From the NCBI GenBank assembly GCA_965287045.1, contig OZ336874.1, positions 46,314,001 to 46,378,000 of the forward strand: a stretch of DNA of 64,000 nt. Direction: 5' to 3'. The notes beneath the pieces are model-generated. The model saw nothing but the letters and a program-made list of their open reading frames with translations, searched no databases and was not told where the DNA came from. Below, in pieces: positions 1 through 13,348 of the stretch (position 1 is the first letter of the stretch; each line of letters opens with the position of its first letter). The position numbers were made by a program, and so were the translations under genes. Source of the stretch: Carcharhinus amblyrhynchos (lineage: Eukaryota).

Positions 1-750
1 GAATTAAATTCTCCCTGCGGCACTGGACATGGCTCACTTGATCTTTTGATGAGAAGTCAGATGAAAAACTGAAATACGTCCTGCTTAGTCATGGCACAGT
101 CTCTCATCAAATTCCTAATATTGCTGAGAATTTAAAAGTACAGCTTATTTCTTGGATAAAGTTAGCAGGAGATTTCTCAATACAACTGGATGAAAGTATG
201 GATGATACAGATTGTACAACCTTGTTAGTTTACGTTAGGTATATTTGGTGCAATGAATTTGTTGAGGATATGCTGTGCTTCATATGACCAACCAACATGA
301 CTGATACAGATTTTTAAAGCGTTGAATAGCTACTTGGTTGTAAAGTACGGACTTGACTGGGTTGATTGCAAAAGAATTGCAAGTGTTAGGGTGGTCAACA
401 TGACTAAGAAAAACAGTGGAGTTATAATAAGGATTAAGGAGATCAAGACTTTGTTTGCAATCATTGCCTTATTCACCACAAGGCATAGGCATCAAGAGGA
501 ATTCCACTGAAGTGTTAAAAGGGGTTGTGTCACGAACTTCAATAAGTGCAGCACACTTGATACCAGGCTTTTTGAGGCTGTATCCCGAAATGGGAGCTGA
601 GTGTACACACTTATTGTTTTATTGGCTGTTAAGGGGTTGGGTGCTTGGCAGCGTGTATGAACTGAGGTATGAAATTCATGCTTCCCTCCTTGAGAAATTG
701 TCCCCTCTGGTTAATTTATTTGGTGATGAAAATTAGATTATAACTCTGTC
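1..750 (+). mobile_element. Decayed hAT (Charlie/Buster-like) DNA transposase fragment
   Basis: Around 168-284 the sequence translates to GDFSIQLDESMDDTDCTTLLVYVRYIWCNEFVEDMLCF*, matching the 'QLDEST-D...LLVYVRY' motif around the first catalytic Asp. ORF 455..736 contains EMGAECTHLLFY-WLLRGWVLGSVYELRYEI, similar to 'EMGAEHxxLLxHTEVRWLSRGKVLxRxxEL'. Stops and frameshifts are present, and the fragment ends at a CR1 insertion near 750. Confidence 0.85.
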
Positions 751-2452
751 AAAGAACAAAGAAAATTACAGCACAGGAACAGGCCCTTTGGCCCTCCAAG
801 CCTGCACTGATTATGCTGTCCGACTGAACTAAAGCCCCTTACCCTTTCGCAGACTATATCCCTCTGTTCCCATCCTATTCGTGTACTTGTCAAGACAGCC
901 TTCAAAAGCCACCACCATATCTGGTTCCATTACCTCCCCCGGCACTAAGTTCCGGGCACCCATTACCCTCTGTGTTTAAAAACAAATTGCCTCGTACACC
1001 ACCTTTAAATCTTGCCCCTTGCACCATAAACCTATGCACCCTGCCGATTGACTCTTCTACCCTGGGAAAAAGTTTGATTATCCACTCTGTCCGTGCCCCT
1101 CATAGTCTTGTAAATTGCTATCGGGTCGACCCTCAACCTCCGTCATTTCAGTGAGAAAGAACCAAGTTTCTCCAACCTCTCCTCATAACTAATGCTCTCC
1201 ATAACCAGGCAGCATCTTGGTAAATCTTGTCTATATTCTCTCCAAAGCCTTCACATCCTCCTGGTAGTGTGGCAACCAGAATTGAATACTATATTCCAAG
1301 TGCAGCCTAACTAAAGTTCTATAATGCTGCAACATAACTTGCCTGTTTTTATACTCAATGCCCTGGCAATGAAGGCAAGCATGCCACCGGCCTCTTTGGC
1401 TACCTTCTCCATCTGCGTCGCCACTTTCAGTGACCTGTATACCCAGACCTCTCTGCCTGTCAATACTCCTAAGGGTTCTGCCATTTACTGTGTATTTCCT
1501 ATCTGTATTAGGCCTTCCAAAATGCATTAACTTGCAATTGTCCGGATTAAACTCCATCTGCCAGCCAAGTCTCCAACTGATCTATGTCCCATTGTATCCT
1601 CTGGTCCTCATTGCTATCTGCAAAGCTTTTGTGTTGTTTGCAAACTTACTAATTAAACCAGTTACATTTTTCCTCCAAATCATTTATGTATATTACAAAC
1701 AGCAAAGGTCCCAGCACTGATCCCTGAGGAACACCACTTGTCACAGCCCTCCATTCAGAAATATACTCTTCCACTGCTACCCTCTGTCTTCTATGACTGA
1801 GCCAGTTCTGTATCTGCCTTGTCAGCTCACCTCTGATCCCATGTGACTTCACCTTATGCACCAGTCTGCCATGTGGGACCTTGTTAGAGGCCTTACTGAA
1901 GTCCATGTAGACAACATCCACTGCCTCACCTCATCAATCATCTTTGTCACCTCCTTGAAAAACTTGATCAAGTTAGTGAGGCATGACCTCCTCTTCACAA
2001 AACCATGTTGCCTCTGACTAACATGTCCACTTATTTCCAAGTGGGAGTAAATCCTGTCTCGAAGAATCTTCTCCAATAATTTCCCTACCACAGACATCAA
2101 GCTCACAGGCCTGTAATTACCTGGATTATTCTTGCTACCCGTCTTAAACAAAGGAACAACATTGGCTATCCTTGAATCCTCTGGGACTTCCCCTGTAGTC
2201 AGTGAAGATACAAAGATTTCTCTCAAGGCCCCAGCAATTTCCTCCCTTGCCTCTTTCAATATTCTGGAGTACATCCCATCAGTTCCTGGGGTCTTGTCTA
2301 CCTTAATGTTTCTCAAGAACCCCAATACCACTCCCTTTTTGATCTCAACATGACTCAAAAAAGCTACACACCTTTCCTAGACTCATCATGCACCAAGCCC
2401 TTCTCTTTGGTGAATACTGATGCAAAGTACTCCATTAATACGTCGCCCATTC
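751..2452 (-). mobile_element. CR1 LINE, 5'-truncated, degenerate RT and 3' UTR
   Basis: Minus-strand ORFs 1849..2358 (DKTPGTDG...NYRPVSL...QHGF), 1649..1921 (YMDFSKA...[11 protein letters not shown]) and 1231..1557. A (TTCTTTG)-like 3' tail lies near 751. Confidence 0.93.
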
Positions 2453-2986
2453 CAAGCAAAATCATCTAGTTTGTATTGCGTTCTAGTTGCTGTGAATTCA
2501 GGTGAGAGAAAATAAGCAATGCTCACTTTTGTGTTTGTAGTAGTCAAAATTGGTTCAGTGATATCTCTGAAAATTATTTTGGCTGCAAAAAGAGCAGTTT
2601 TGTGTATGTAGTTCATCTCCAAAGAAGCCATGTTCAATAGCGGTTAAATAACTAACTGAGTTGACTTTGCTATTACGATCTCAGCAATTACGATGGTAGT
2701 TCTTTAAAACATAACATCTGAAATTAGATGTGATTCTGTGACTATGCAGCATTTATGAAGAATCCTGAGTGTGCTAAAGTTTATATCAACAGTGTGTATA
2801 AGATTATCAGTCAGACTCGCAATGTAGGTCACTTGTGCTTGCTAGAAGCTACGTATTCATTGGCAAGGACCTATCCTCCGCAGACAAAAAGAATATGCCC
2901 TGACATTACCCCCTTGCTTTGAATAAACAAAAGCATGGAGTATAATAGCTCACTGGTGCATTTGCCATGGCAATATCTGTACCATT

Positions 2987-4062
2987 CATAGAACATAGAA
3001 ACATAGAACATAACAGCACAGTACAGGCCCTGCAGCCCTCAATGTTGTGCCAGGCTATGTCCAATCCCAAGATCAAGCTACCCCCTCCCTATAATTCTGG
3101 TGTGCTCCATGTGCCTATCCAATAACCATTTGAAAGTTCCTAAAGTGTCTGACTCCACTATCACAGCAGGCAGTCTATTCCACACCCGAAACACTGAGTA
3201 AAGAATCTACCTCAGACATCTCTCCTATATCTCTCACCATGAACCTTATATTTATGCCCTCTAGTAACAGCTACAGCCACCCGAGGAAATAGTCTCTGCA
3301 TGTCCACTCTATCTATCCCCCTCATCATCTTATAAACCTCTATTAAGTCGCCTCTCATCCTCCTCCGCTCCAAAGAGAAAAGCCCCTGCTCCCTCAATCT
3401 TTCCTCATAAGACTTTCCCTCCAAACCAGGCAGCATCCTGGTAAATCTCCTCTGCACTCTCTCCAATGCTTCCACATTCTTCTTATAATGAGGTGACCAG
3501 AACTGAACACAATATTCCAAATGTGGTCTTACCAACATCCAGTACAGTTGCAGCATAACCCCACGGCTCTTAAACTCAAACCCCCTGTTAATAAACACTA
3601 ACATGCTATAAGTCTTCATGGCTGCATCCACTTGAGTGGCAACCTTCAGGGATCTGTGGAAATGAGCCCCAAGATCTCTCTGTTCCTGTGCATTCCTCAG
3701 AACCCTGCTGTTGACCCTGTAATTTACATTCAAGTTTGTCATACCAAAATGAATCACCACACATTTATCAGGGTTAAACTCCATCTGCCACTTTTCGGCC
3801 CAACTCTGCATCCTATCAATGTTTCTTTGTAGCCTGCAAGAGCCCTCCACCTCATCCACTACTCCACCAATCTTGGTGTCGTCAGCAAATTTACTAACCC
3901 ACCCTTCAGCCCCCTCTTCCAAGTCATTGATAAAAATCACAAATAGCAGAGGACCCAGCACTGACCCCTGTGGTACACCGCTGGTAACTGGCCTCCAGTC
4001 TGAAAATTTTCCCTCCACCATCACCCTCTGTCTTCTATGATACAGCCAGTTACTTATCCAAT
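2987..4062 (-). mobile_element. CR1 LINE 3' part, fairly young, (TTCTATG)n tail
   Basis: Open ORF 3212..4024 with [18 protein letters not shown] and LERVQRRFTRM. CATAGAA repeats at 2987-3013 are the reverse complement of the tail. Confidence 0.95.
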
Positions 4063-4149
4063 TCAGTCAACTTGGTTATTGAATCAACATCCTTTGTCAT
4101 GCAGTATAAATTGTTTCCTTTGAAACTTGGCATTCCTGTGCAAGGCATC

Positions 4150-4575
4150 TTGCAGCAATACTTGCATTAATATAGCATTTCTCATGATCACTGGGTGTGT
4201 CAATATGCCTCACAGCCAAGGAAGTGCTTACATTTTGAGGTGTAGTTGCTATTGTAATGTAGGAAACGTGGCAACTAATTTGCGCTCAGCAAAACTCCCC
4301 AAAACAGCATTGCGATAATACCAGGTAATCTATTGTTTGTAATGTTGTTTGAGCAATAAATATTGGCCGGGTTTCTTGAGTGTTATGGGATTTTATGTCT
4401 ACCTGAGCAGGTGGCTGGGGCCTCCATTTAGTGGCATAGCCAAAAGACAGCACCTTTGACAGTGGAATGCTCACTTAGTTCACAGGAGTGTCAGTCTTTA
4501 TTTTTGTGCTCATGCCCTGGAGTAGTACTGAAACCAATCAACTTGTGATGGCAAAAATGCTATTGACCTAGCCAC
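4150..4575 (-). mobile_element. DeuSINE (SacSINE1-like) copy
   Basis: The reverse complement resembles the recalled Deu-domain SINE consensus (GAGCACAAAAA..GACACTCC..CACTGTC..GGTGC..GGCCAATATTTAT..GCGCAAATT..CGTTTCCTACATTACAA) with an L2-like tail. Confidence 0.75.
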
Positions 4576-4734
4576 AGCTGACACACAAAAGGCTCCTGAT
4601 GTATTTGCTATGATAAAGTGCAGTTAGAAGGCATGCTACTCCAGTGACTGGGTCCCCGACCCAAGAATGATCCCAAATTGGAAACATGCAGCCTAGAGAA
4701 TATGCAGGAACCAATCGTCAAACAGATTTTAAAG

Positions 4735-5010
4735 CACTTATGTAATGTATGTTGTCCAAAACACTTTACAGCCAATGAAATACTTTGGAAGCATTTGAAA
4801 GCAGCAGCCATTTTGCACAGCAAGTTCCCAACAAACAGTAGTGTTATAACAACCAGATAATGTGTTTTTTTTATTTGCAATGTTGATTGGTCAGGTTATG
4901 AAGAATGACTCCCCTGTTCTGTGAAATGGTGCCAGCTGAGCCAACAGATCTGACCTCGGTTAGTTCAATAGACAGCACCTCCAAAAATGCACACTCCCTC
5001 CAGCATTGGT
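4735..5010 (-). mobile_element. DeuSINE-like copy, more degraded
   Basis: Shares blocks with 4150-4575 (ACAGCCAA-GAA, AAACAG-A-TG--ATAA, GACAGCACCT). Confidence 0.65.
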
Positions 5011-6139
5011 CTTGGTTTGACTCCTAGACAAGGGTGCTCCCAACTTGAGACATGGACAAAACGCAACTGGCACAAACATTAATTTTTAAATGTGTGGGCG
5101 TAGACTGAGTGTTGGCTAGTGATGCCAGTATGGTAATCTATCTAAAGCCTGATCCTGTCCTCCCCCTATATAGGTGTGTATGCACATTCCAGCAGGGGTC
5201 ACTGACTTGTGACTAGGAGTGGGAGTAAATGGTCTTGGTGATGAATCGCAGTTGGCTTTGTTTGTCACTACCTTTTACCTTTGAAATCAATGGTTTTCCA
5301 AGATTGACTTGAGTGTTTCCTGGCTCTTTTTGAAAGATTGTATTGGTTCTCAGCAGAAAAGTTTTGATAATGAAGTTGTGCTTGCCAAACTGAGATGTTT
5401 GCGGCTAAATTGTCAAGATTTTCAACTTTGCTGTAACAAATTGTTCCATTGTCTCCGTCCCAGAGTAAGATTTAGGAGTTCTCCAACTACCACTTAATGA
5501 TTTTTTTAATGCTGTTAATCATTAGAGCAAGTTCAATTCTATGCAGGGTATTTTTTCTAAATCATGCGTTTAACCCCTCCTTACTTATTAAAGTGCTCAT
5601 TGTTGCAAAATTGATTGACCATTATATGGGTAGGTACATACAAAGAAAGCAATTTTTGTTTAAAAAGAACAATCAATTTTTCCCATTTTGTAACTGGAAG
5701 ACTGAAATTAAAGGTAGCTGCCCAAGCATCATGATCATGTAATGGAAACCTAAATGGGATAACTTCAATGTAGAAAATGAAGTAAAAATAAAGGTGATGC
5801 CACATCAGGAATAATATGAAGAAACAGGAGAATTCCATGGGTTAGAAGAAGTTTCTCTTTTAGACATCTGCCACTCACTCTTATTTATCTTTCACTCACT
5901 GTTGCTCTCTTACATATCTTATCTCATAGCCTCACCTCTTATCTATGTGGTTCACTCATTCTTGCTTAACCCCATTCTGGCTCTTTTTCACTTATAGCTC
6001 TTGGTGCTTGGAAAGGGTACGCCCTTCTCATTTCCTTGAATGTTCCTTTGCTAACTCTGTCTCAAGTATAATTAAAATGTGATTTTTGAAATTGTTATAC
6101 TTTTCCCTCTTCACTCTTTGTTTTCCTTTCTTTCTTTCC

Positions 6140-6420
6140 ATCCTAAGTAATCAACCCGAGACTGTGTCCCTGTGTTCTAGATTTCTCAGCCAGCAGAAGT
6201 GTTCTGTTTATCCGATCAAGTGAATGAATGTTTCAATTCGATCACCTTATATTCTACTGAACTTGAGAGTATAGGTTCAATTTACCCAGCTGCTCATGAT
6301 GGGACAAACCTCCCTATCTGAGGGACCAATCTAGTGAACCTTTACTTTAGCTGCCTCCAATACCACTATATTCTTCCATAAATATGAGGATCAACATTGA
6401 CACACAACACCCCTTTAAAA
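6140..6420 (-). mobile_element. Old CR1 fragment
   Basis: Reverse complement of the LERVQRRFTRL and 3' region (CAATCTAGTGAACCTT, TATTCTACTGAAC), heavily mutated. Confidence 0.6.
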
Positions 6421-7554
6421 TGTTTTTCTGTTTTTCCAGCCAATTGAATAACCTTGTTGCACACTCACTTAACCTATTGCTATCTCTTTGCAGTCTCTCT
6501 CTATCCTTCCATTTTCACTTAGCCATATGTCATCAGAAAACTTGGATGCATTACTCTGTCTTTGTTTAATGGCTTCAGAGAATGAAAGGGAACTATTATG
6601 TAAATTATAGCTGATTTGCCTTGGTACCCTGGGCAGCATTCTGTCCTTGACTGATATTACCGAAAACTGATTTACTGATCATTCATCCGGTGCAGCTTGT
6701 TGGGCCTCTGTTGACAATGTGAAGCTAAATGAGCAATAAGGGAGAAAGGAGTGGGAGGATAGATGCTTAGATGAGCATAAACACCGAGATCGACCAGTTG
6801 GGCTGCGTGGCTTGTTTCTGTGAAGTACTTCATTCCGAGGGTATTTGGAAATCGTTCTGTAACTTAGTATGATTTTTGTTGACCTCACTTGAACAATTGC
6901 TACTGTGACTGAAATAGAAAAATAGCTTAAATTATCAACATGAGAACTGGGTGGAGCCTATACCAAATGGGATTAATTTGTTTGAAAACATTAAATTTTG
7001 TTATATCATAATTAATATGCTTGTCAAGTATTTTACTTGCAAATGTTCTTTTGAAACCAAGTAAAATCCAAAATTTACATGTATCAAAACAACTTACAAA
7101 AATTCCAAACCTTTTTTAAGACCAGAATGTACCTGGTTAACTGTCTTGCCAAGTGCTTTTCTTTCTCTTCTTCCTGATCTCTCAAAAGAAGTTGTTTAAG
7201 AGATGGTGCCCATCTGCAGTATCAACTTTATGCACAATTCTGGGAGGCTTATCAATTAATGTTAGCAAGTTATCTCAGTCAACCTAAACCTGTAACCACC
7301 CAATGATCAGGTGCTGCCGAACACTGACTAGGAGTGGGAACTTGGGCACGTTTTTAAGAGGAAAACTTAATGTTGCCATCCTCGCAATGTTGGGGCTAAT
7401 TTGAATGCACTATTCCTAAGAGATGCTGCAGCACTTCAAGGAGGGCTTTGCAGGGTCAATGGAGCTTGGTTTGCTGTTGTGATTTCTGATTCCTTGGTCA
7501 GTAGCTCCGTTCAGTTTGGTTCCTTTGGAACTTTGTAGCATTTTGATACGAATA

Positions 7555-7840
7555 GTTTGCTAGGCTATTTCTGACGATAGTTGAGAGTCAACTACATTGC
7601 TGTGGGTCTGGAGTCGCATATAGCTCAGACCAGGTAAGGATGGCAGATTTTCTTCTCTAAAGAACAGTAGAGGGCCAGATAGATATCTTTTACAGCAATC
7701 AACAATGTTTTCATGTTCATCATTACTGAGGCAATCTTTTAATTCCAATATTATTAATAGAATTTAAATTCCACCAGCTGTATTGGTGGGATATGGACTC
7801 TTGTCCCCAGAACATTAGCCTGGATCTCTGGATTACTGGT
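7555..7840 (-). mobile_element. tRNA-derived shark SINE ('family B')
   Basis: GAGAGTCAAC..CATTGCTGTGGGTCTGGAGTCGCAT..AGACCAGGTAAGGATGGCAGATTT..AAATTCCACC..CCCCAGAACATTAGC. Homologous to 37348-37700, 44890-45290 and 53795-54042. Confidence 0.8.
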
Positions 7841-8502
7841 TTGCTTAAAGTTTCATTTGAAGTTGTACCGTTCAGGAACACAATCACAGTGTTCAGGGAG
7901 AGCTTATTGTGCGTATGTTTTGAAGGAGTTTAGTTTTTAATTATTAATTTGCTAAGAAACTGGATTCAGTAGAACAATAGAGCTAGTAAATGGCTCGGTA
8001 GAGTTTTTAAACATTGTTATTGATTTCAAATTAGTTTAATGTTGAAATATAAACACTTCAATGAGAAAATGTTTTATACATAATGAAACTGCACCAGGGT
8101 TACTATTCAATAATATTTTTTGATGGGAAGAAATATCAATTATTCTTTTCTGTCCGCTTCTCATGGTTCATGAAGGATTTTGTATTTGTGATAATACAAA
8201 TGATTTTGGCAGAAACTTGAACCATAACTTTGCTTCAGAAAAGCACTGCAAATTTGCACACACAGTTTGACAATTCTGCCCAAAGTGGAAACTCTAGACC
8301 ATAGTTTGAGTCTTGATTGCCAAAATAGTTGGAGTTGGGGAGAAGGAAACACTCTCTTTCAAAATTGTTAGTAAAAAAGAGCAACTTAAGAAATGCGTGG
8401 AAACTTCATTTCATTAGTTTTCATAGCAAAGGCCAAATACCTTCGCTCTTTCACTAAATACCATTAAAGTGAAATGCCTATGGCTGAATCTGAGAAACAT
8501 AC

Positions 8503-8640
8503 TGGCTGGAACTCCACCACCTTGCCTGCTGTGGAATCTGTCACGGGCGAGGGTCCAACAACAGAAATGTCCGTTGACCTCAGGCAGGAATTTCTGCTCT
8601 TACCTGAGCGAACCATATCTCCCACTCAGAGTCAGTGGAA
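8503..8640. mobile_element. MITE-like element, same family as 11452-11580
   Basis: GGCTGGAA start, GGAAT..CGGG.GAGGG, CCGTTG.CCTC.GGCAGGA.TTT shared with 11452-11580. Confidence 0.55.
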
Positions 8641-11414
8641 CCTTTACAAATGCAGCGAGGGTTTTACATCTCTTCCCACGTTGAGAATTTGGCATGTTGC
8701 ACTGCTGCAAAGATTGATGCTTTGCATTTAAGGTGTCCAAGCTGCCTTTGAACTGGTTTGGAAGTAAAGATTAATGAGGCAGAGTGCCTTTTATATTGCC
8801 ACTGTTTATTCCTCCTGATATGGATTAATCTTATCTCTGTTTTTGAAAACTGCTTTAGCTCAAACTGCTAGGGTTACCAGGTAAAGAGCATTTAGAAAAT
8901 TCCTATCCAATTTCTTATTGCTACTTCCATGCAGCTTTGTTCAAACTGCGAATTGAACCAAGTGAGGCACTGGGCTTTTGACTTTCCTCTTCCATGATGT
9001 TCTGTGTTCGCGCTTAACTTACTGTGCCATCTTTCTCCATGGAATTCTGGTTTAATTGTTACAGAATTTGCCTGAGAACATATTGTTTCTGAAACGAAGA
9101 ATAAAAGTCACTTCGTTACAGTAACACCAAAGCTTCCACTTATGGTGCAGATTGCCGGGGACTTCATTACAATATGATATGATTGCTGTTAGATTGTTCA
9201 CTTGTCTCAACCCCTACATTTTGAATATATGACCTCTATGTCCTCTGATGTGCAAGCTTATCTGATCCAGTCTAATGTTTGACAGAATCATATGAACTTC
9301 AGAAACAAAACATTTCTGTATCAAACCAGAATGTTTTGTGATCAGTCTTATGAAAACTTGTGCATCTTCATTAAATCTGTGGTTAACCTGTCAACATGTT
9401 TAAAATTAGATGTCAGTTAATCTATTTGCCGGATTAAAGATTCTGGTTATGATGCAAAAAAAACAGGAGAAGTTGAAAGCTTTGTTTCTGAGGCTTTTAC
9501 TGCATCAATGAAATTCTGCAACACAATGAGAAAAGGGAATGTTCTTGATGTAGTCATGTTCACTTGATTGTGCTAATGTTGGAGAAATAATTGCATATCA
9601 CAAAGACTCAGTGCTGTGTATCACAGGTTAATAAAACAGATACATTCAAGTTCTATGAAGTGGCTGTCACATTTAGCAAGTCAATGATTTCCCACAACCA
9701 CACCAAGTTACAAACAGTAATTCAATATGCTTGAGTACTTTTGAAATATTAAATGTGATTTTTAATTAATAGATGAAATAGGCCAGAAAGGTGTGAATAA
9801 AGTAGGAATGTTTGCCTATTTATTCTAGCTTTCTCCACCAATTAGCTGATCAGCTTTATTTTTAATCATGGTTTTTGTGCTCCAACCAATTTTCATCTCC
9901 CGAAAACGCAGAACAGGTAGTTCAGAATTGCTTACTCTCATGTGAAAGAGTTGACCGTTGACGTGAGAATTTAAGCTTCAACATTATAAGATTATGTCAC
10001 TTCTGAATTGTTTGGTTTAATTTGGGAAAGTGAATTTATTTTTATATGCAATGCAAGTTCTAAAAAAATAAGTGGATGCACAACTTGTTCTCCAGAAAAA
10101 TGGCATATAATTACATTTGGCACCCCAGAAAGAGACACATGTTTGCTTTTAAAAAAGTGTGCAACTTGAGAGATGCAGGTTCACCCAGTCCTAAACTTAT
10201 TTTGCAGCCTCAAACAGTGTCTTAGCCACACTTCTTCTGAGCTATCCTGTTCATAGTGGTTTGGTTCTGCTGACAGAACAGTTGTACTGCAAATGTGTCC
10301 TCACCTATCACCTAGGATGCATAAGCTCCTTATTGCAATCAATTGAGCAGGCCTAAGCCTATTATACATTGATGAACATCATGTAGATGATGGGTCCATT
10401 TAGGTAATATTGCCCACCAGTCGACCCACTTGCATTGACCATTAAACATCACTAAACTGTTGTGTCTTTCCTCTGTATTAGTCCTGACGTCTCATCAGGT
10501 ACAAGCAAGTTCACACAAGTATGTTGAGAAATGATGAATAAGTTGATCCATGAAAGTGGTCACCTATTTTCTAGATAGTTCTGGTGTCCTGGAATTGGCT
10601 GTATGTCATTCTCAGTTTTGAGCCATGTTAAGGCTTGATTCCCTCAATTTTTAGGACCAGACTATTTTGAGACCTCAAGTTCACCTGTCTCGCTCAGTGT
10701 CGTATTTTGATGGCTTTTTGTTCCCATCACATTTCTTATTGCAGTATGCAATGAAGGTCATCCAAGTGAACATGCCAACAGAGGTGAATGGGATAATTTA
10801 TCATCACTCTCTATCTCGCTACAGGTGATGGTACACTGTTAAGAACCAACCTGGGCCAGATAAAAAGGAACAGAATATGAATAGCAAGCCTGTTTCTCCC
10901 AATAACCCTGCCTGTGAGTCATGCTGGCTGAGCGACTGGCGACAGGCTACCTCAGATGATTAATTAAAATGATTGAACTTGCAGAACTGAGCATTCAGGT
11001 TACAGCTGCAGTTGTTCCTTACAGGTTTGTGCTGGGCTTGTGAATACATTTCATTTTGTTTTTAAGATACTTAACGCCCATTTGAAACTGGGTTAATGAA
11101 ATCAAAGGGTTTTGGTAACATTCTAAATCAGAAAAATTTACATGTGTTCTAAAGCAGAAGGTTACTATTTTGTGCCACAGGACAAAGAGTTGCGTATACA
11201 ATCGTCATTTGTTTGTGAAGTTCCCATCAAGGATGAATCATTTTCATTAAAACAAAATGACTAGTTTAGTAACACACAGCCATTTAGCATAGTTTTTTTT
11301 TTGCTGTGTGTGTTTAGTGTTTGTGTGTGAGCCAGATGTGGAAATTTAAACCAGCTATAATAAAACCCGAAAACTTTGTACCTTTTTGTGGCTCTGCACT
11401 TGGTAGAATTGTAA

Positions 11415-12410
11415 AAATGTTACATCACACACAGGAGGCCATTTGACCCATCGGCTGGAATTGTACCATCCCACTTGCCATGGGAATTGGAGCGGGTGAG
11501 GGATGGATCATGGAAAGGCCCGTTGCCCTCGGGCAGGATTTTATGGTTTTGGGATGAGCGATGCTGTAAAAATCCCGCCCGTTGTCTCTGTTGGTTTTCT
11601 GCAAGCACATCTCCCATTCCCCTAGCAATTCTCCATGTCTATAAATTTCTGCTCTTTAGATAGTTATCCAATTTTTGATTTGAAGCTGCCTCCACCACGC
11701 GCTTAGGCAGTGTGTTCCAGATCCCAACCACTCACTACATAAAAATATAAAAATTCTTCCTCCTGTCGCCAGTGGTCCTTTTGCCAATCACCTGAACTTG
11801 GGATCATCTAGTGCTTGATACTTCCACCAGTGGGAATAGTTCTCTGTCTAGTCCCTTCATTTACCCTCAACCTTCTCTTCTCCATGGAGATGAAGCTCAG
11901 CTTTTCCAATCTATCCATGTAATTGAGTTTCTCATCTGTGGAACCTTTCTTATGAAACTTTCCACACCCTCGCTAATGCCTTCACAGCATTGAAGTTCGA
12001 TGCCCAACATTGGACACAACACTCCAGTGGAGGTTGAACCAGTGTTTTATATAGGTTTATCATAACTTCCTTACTTTGGTACACTATGGCCCTATGAAGC
12101 CCAGAACCCTGTATGCTTTATTAAACGTGCTTTCAACCTGTCCTGCCACCATAAATGGCTTGTGCACGTATGCTCTTGGGTCCTCTGCTAAGGTACCTCA
12201 ATGTATTATACTTTTTTTAAATTTTTTTTAATTGCCTGAATGAATCACTTCACATTTCTCTCTTTAAATTTCTTCTGTCGCTTGCCTCACCATTTCACTA
12301 TCTATCCTATCTATTTTCTTCTGAGGTTTATCAGTATCCCCCTCTCATTTCAAAATGCTTTTGTGTCATCTATAAATTTTGAGATTGTGTTCTGTGCACC
12401 CAAGTCTATT
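11415..12410 (-). mobile_element. Old CR1 LINE 3' region, interrupted by a MITE
   Basis: Reverse-complement CR1 landmarks: GGAGGCCATT..CCCATC tail, GCCTCCACCAC, TTCCAGATCCCAACCACT, GGACACAAC..CCAG, TTTGTGTCATCT. Confidence 0.7.
11452..11580. mobile_element. MITE with imperfect ~15-bp TIRs (possibly PIF/Harbinger-like)
   Basis: Left end GGCTGGAATTGTAC; right end GTAAAAATCCCGCCC (reverse complement GGGCGGGATTTTTAC). It interrupts the CR1 tail. Confidence 0.6.
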
Positions 12411-12423
12411 TTTATCTGCTTTA

Positions 12424-12750
12424 GTACAAAGAATAAAGTACAGCAGAGGAACAGGCCCTCTGGCCCTCCAAGCCTGCGTCGATCATGATTTCTCCCTAAA
12501 CTAAAACCGTATGCAATTATGGAGTCCGTATCCTTCCATTCCTGTCCTATTTGTGTATTTGTCTAATTTCCCCTTAAATGCTGCTATCAGACCTGTTCCC
12601 ACTACCTCCCCTGGCATTGTATGTTCCAGATGTTCACCACCCTCTGTGTTTCAAAAAAAATCTCGCCTCGCACATCTCCTCCTCCTCTAAACTTTTTTCT
12701 CCACGCACCTTAAACCTATATTCCCTAGTACTTGACTTTCCTACCCCACA
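12424..12750 (-). mobile_element. CR1 3' UTR fragment
   Basis: ACAAAGAATAAAGTACAGCAGAGGAACAGGCCCTCTGGCCCTCCAAGCCTGC; same family as 751 and 33862. Confidence 0.85.
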
Positions 12751-12818
12751 ATGCAGAGTGGGGTACAAAAACCTTGTAAACTTGTAGTTTGGCACTTTTA
12801 CATTAAGTACTAACTTAG

Positions 12819-13073
<255 letters not shown>

Positions 13074-13237
13074 TAATTAAATCAATAAAATACTTTCTTT
13101 CGATCAAAAAGTATAAATCAAACATCCAGGTGACATTGATATTAATTTTCAACAATTGAACTATAATGGGAAGTTTATTAATTTAATGATTTAACCTATT
13201 TTATTTGATTAAATTGATTTTTTTTTCATTTCTTGAG

Positions 13238-13348
13238 GAACACAATGCACTCATGATTGACGAAACGAATGACATCCGGATTATAGGAACCATTACGATT
13301 GTTGTCCTGTTTGGCATATCTGTTGCAGGGATGGAATGGGAAGCTAAG
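13238..13348 (+). CDS. slc12a2: NKCC1 coding exon (exon 6 equivalent, 111 bp, TM4)
   Basis: gag|GAACAC...GCTAAG|gtagga; [37 protein letters not shown]; phase 0-0, in frame with its neighbours. Confidence 0.96.
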
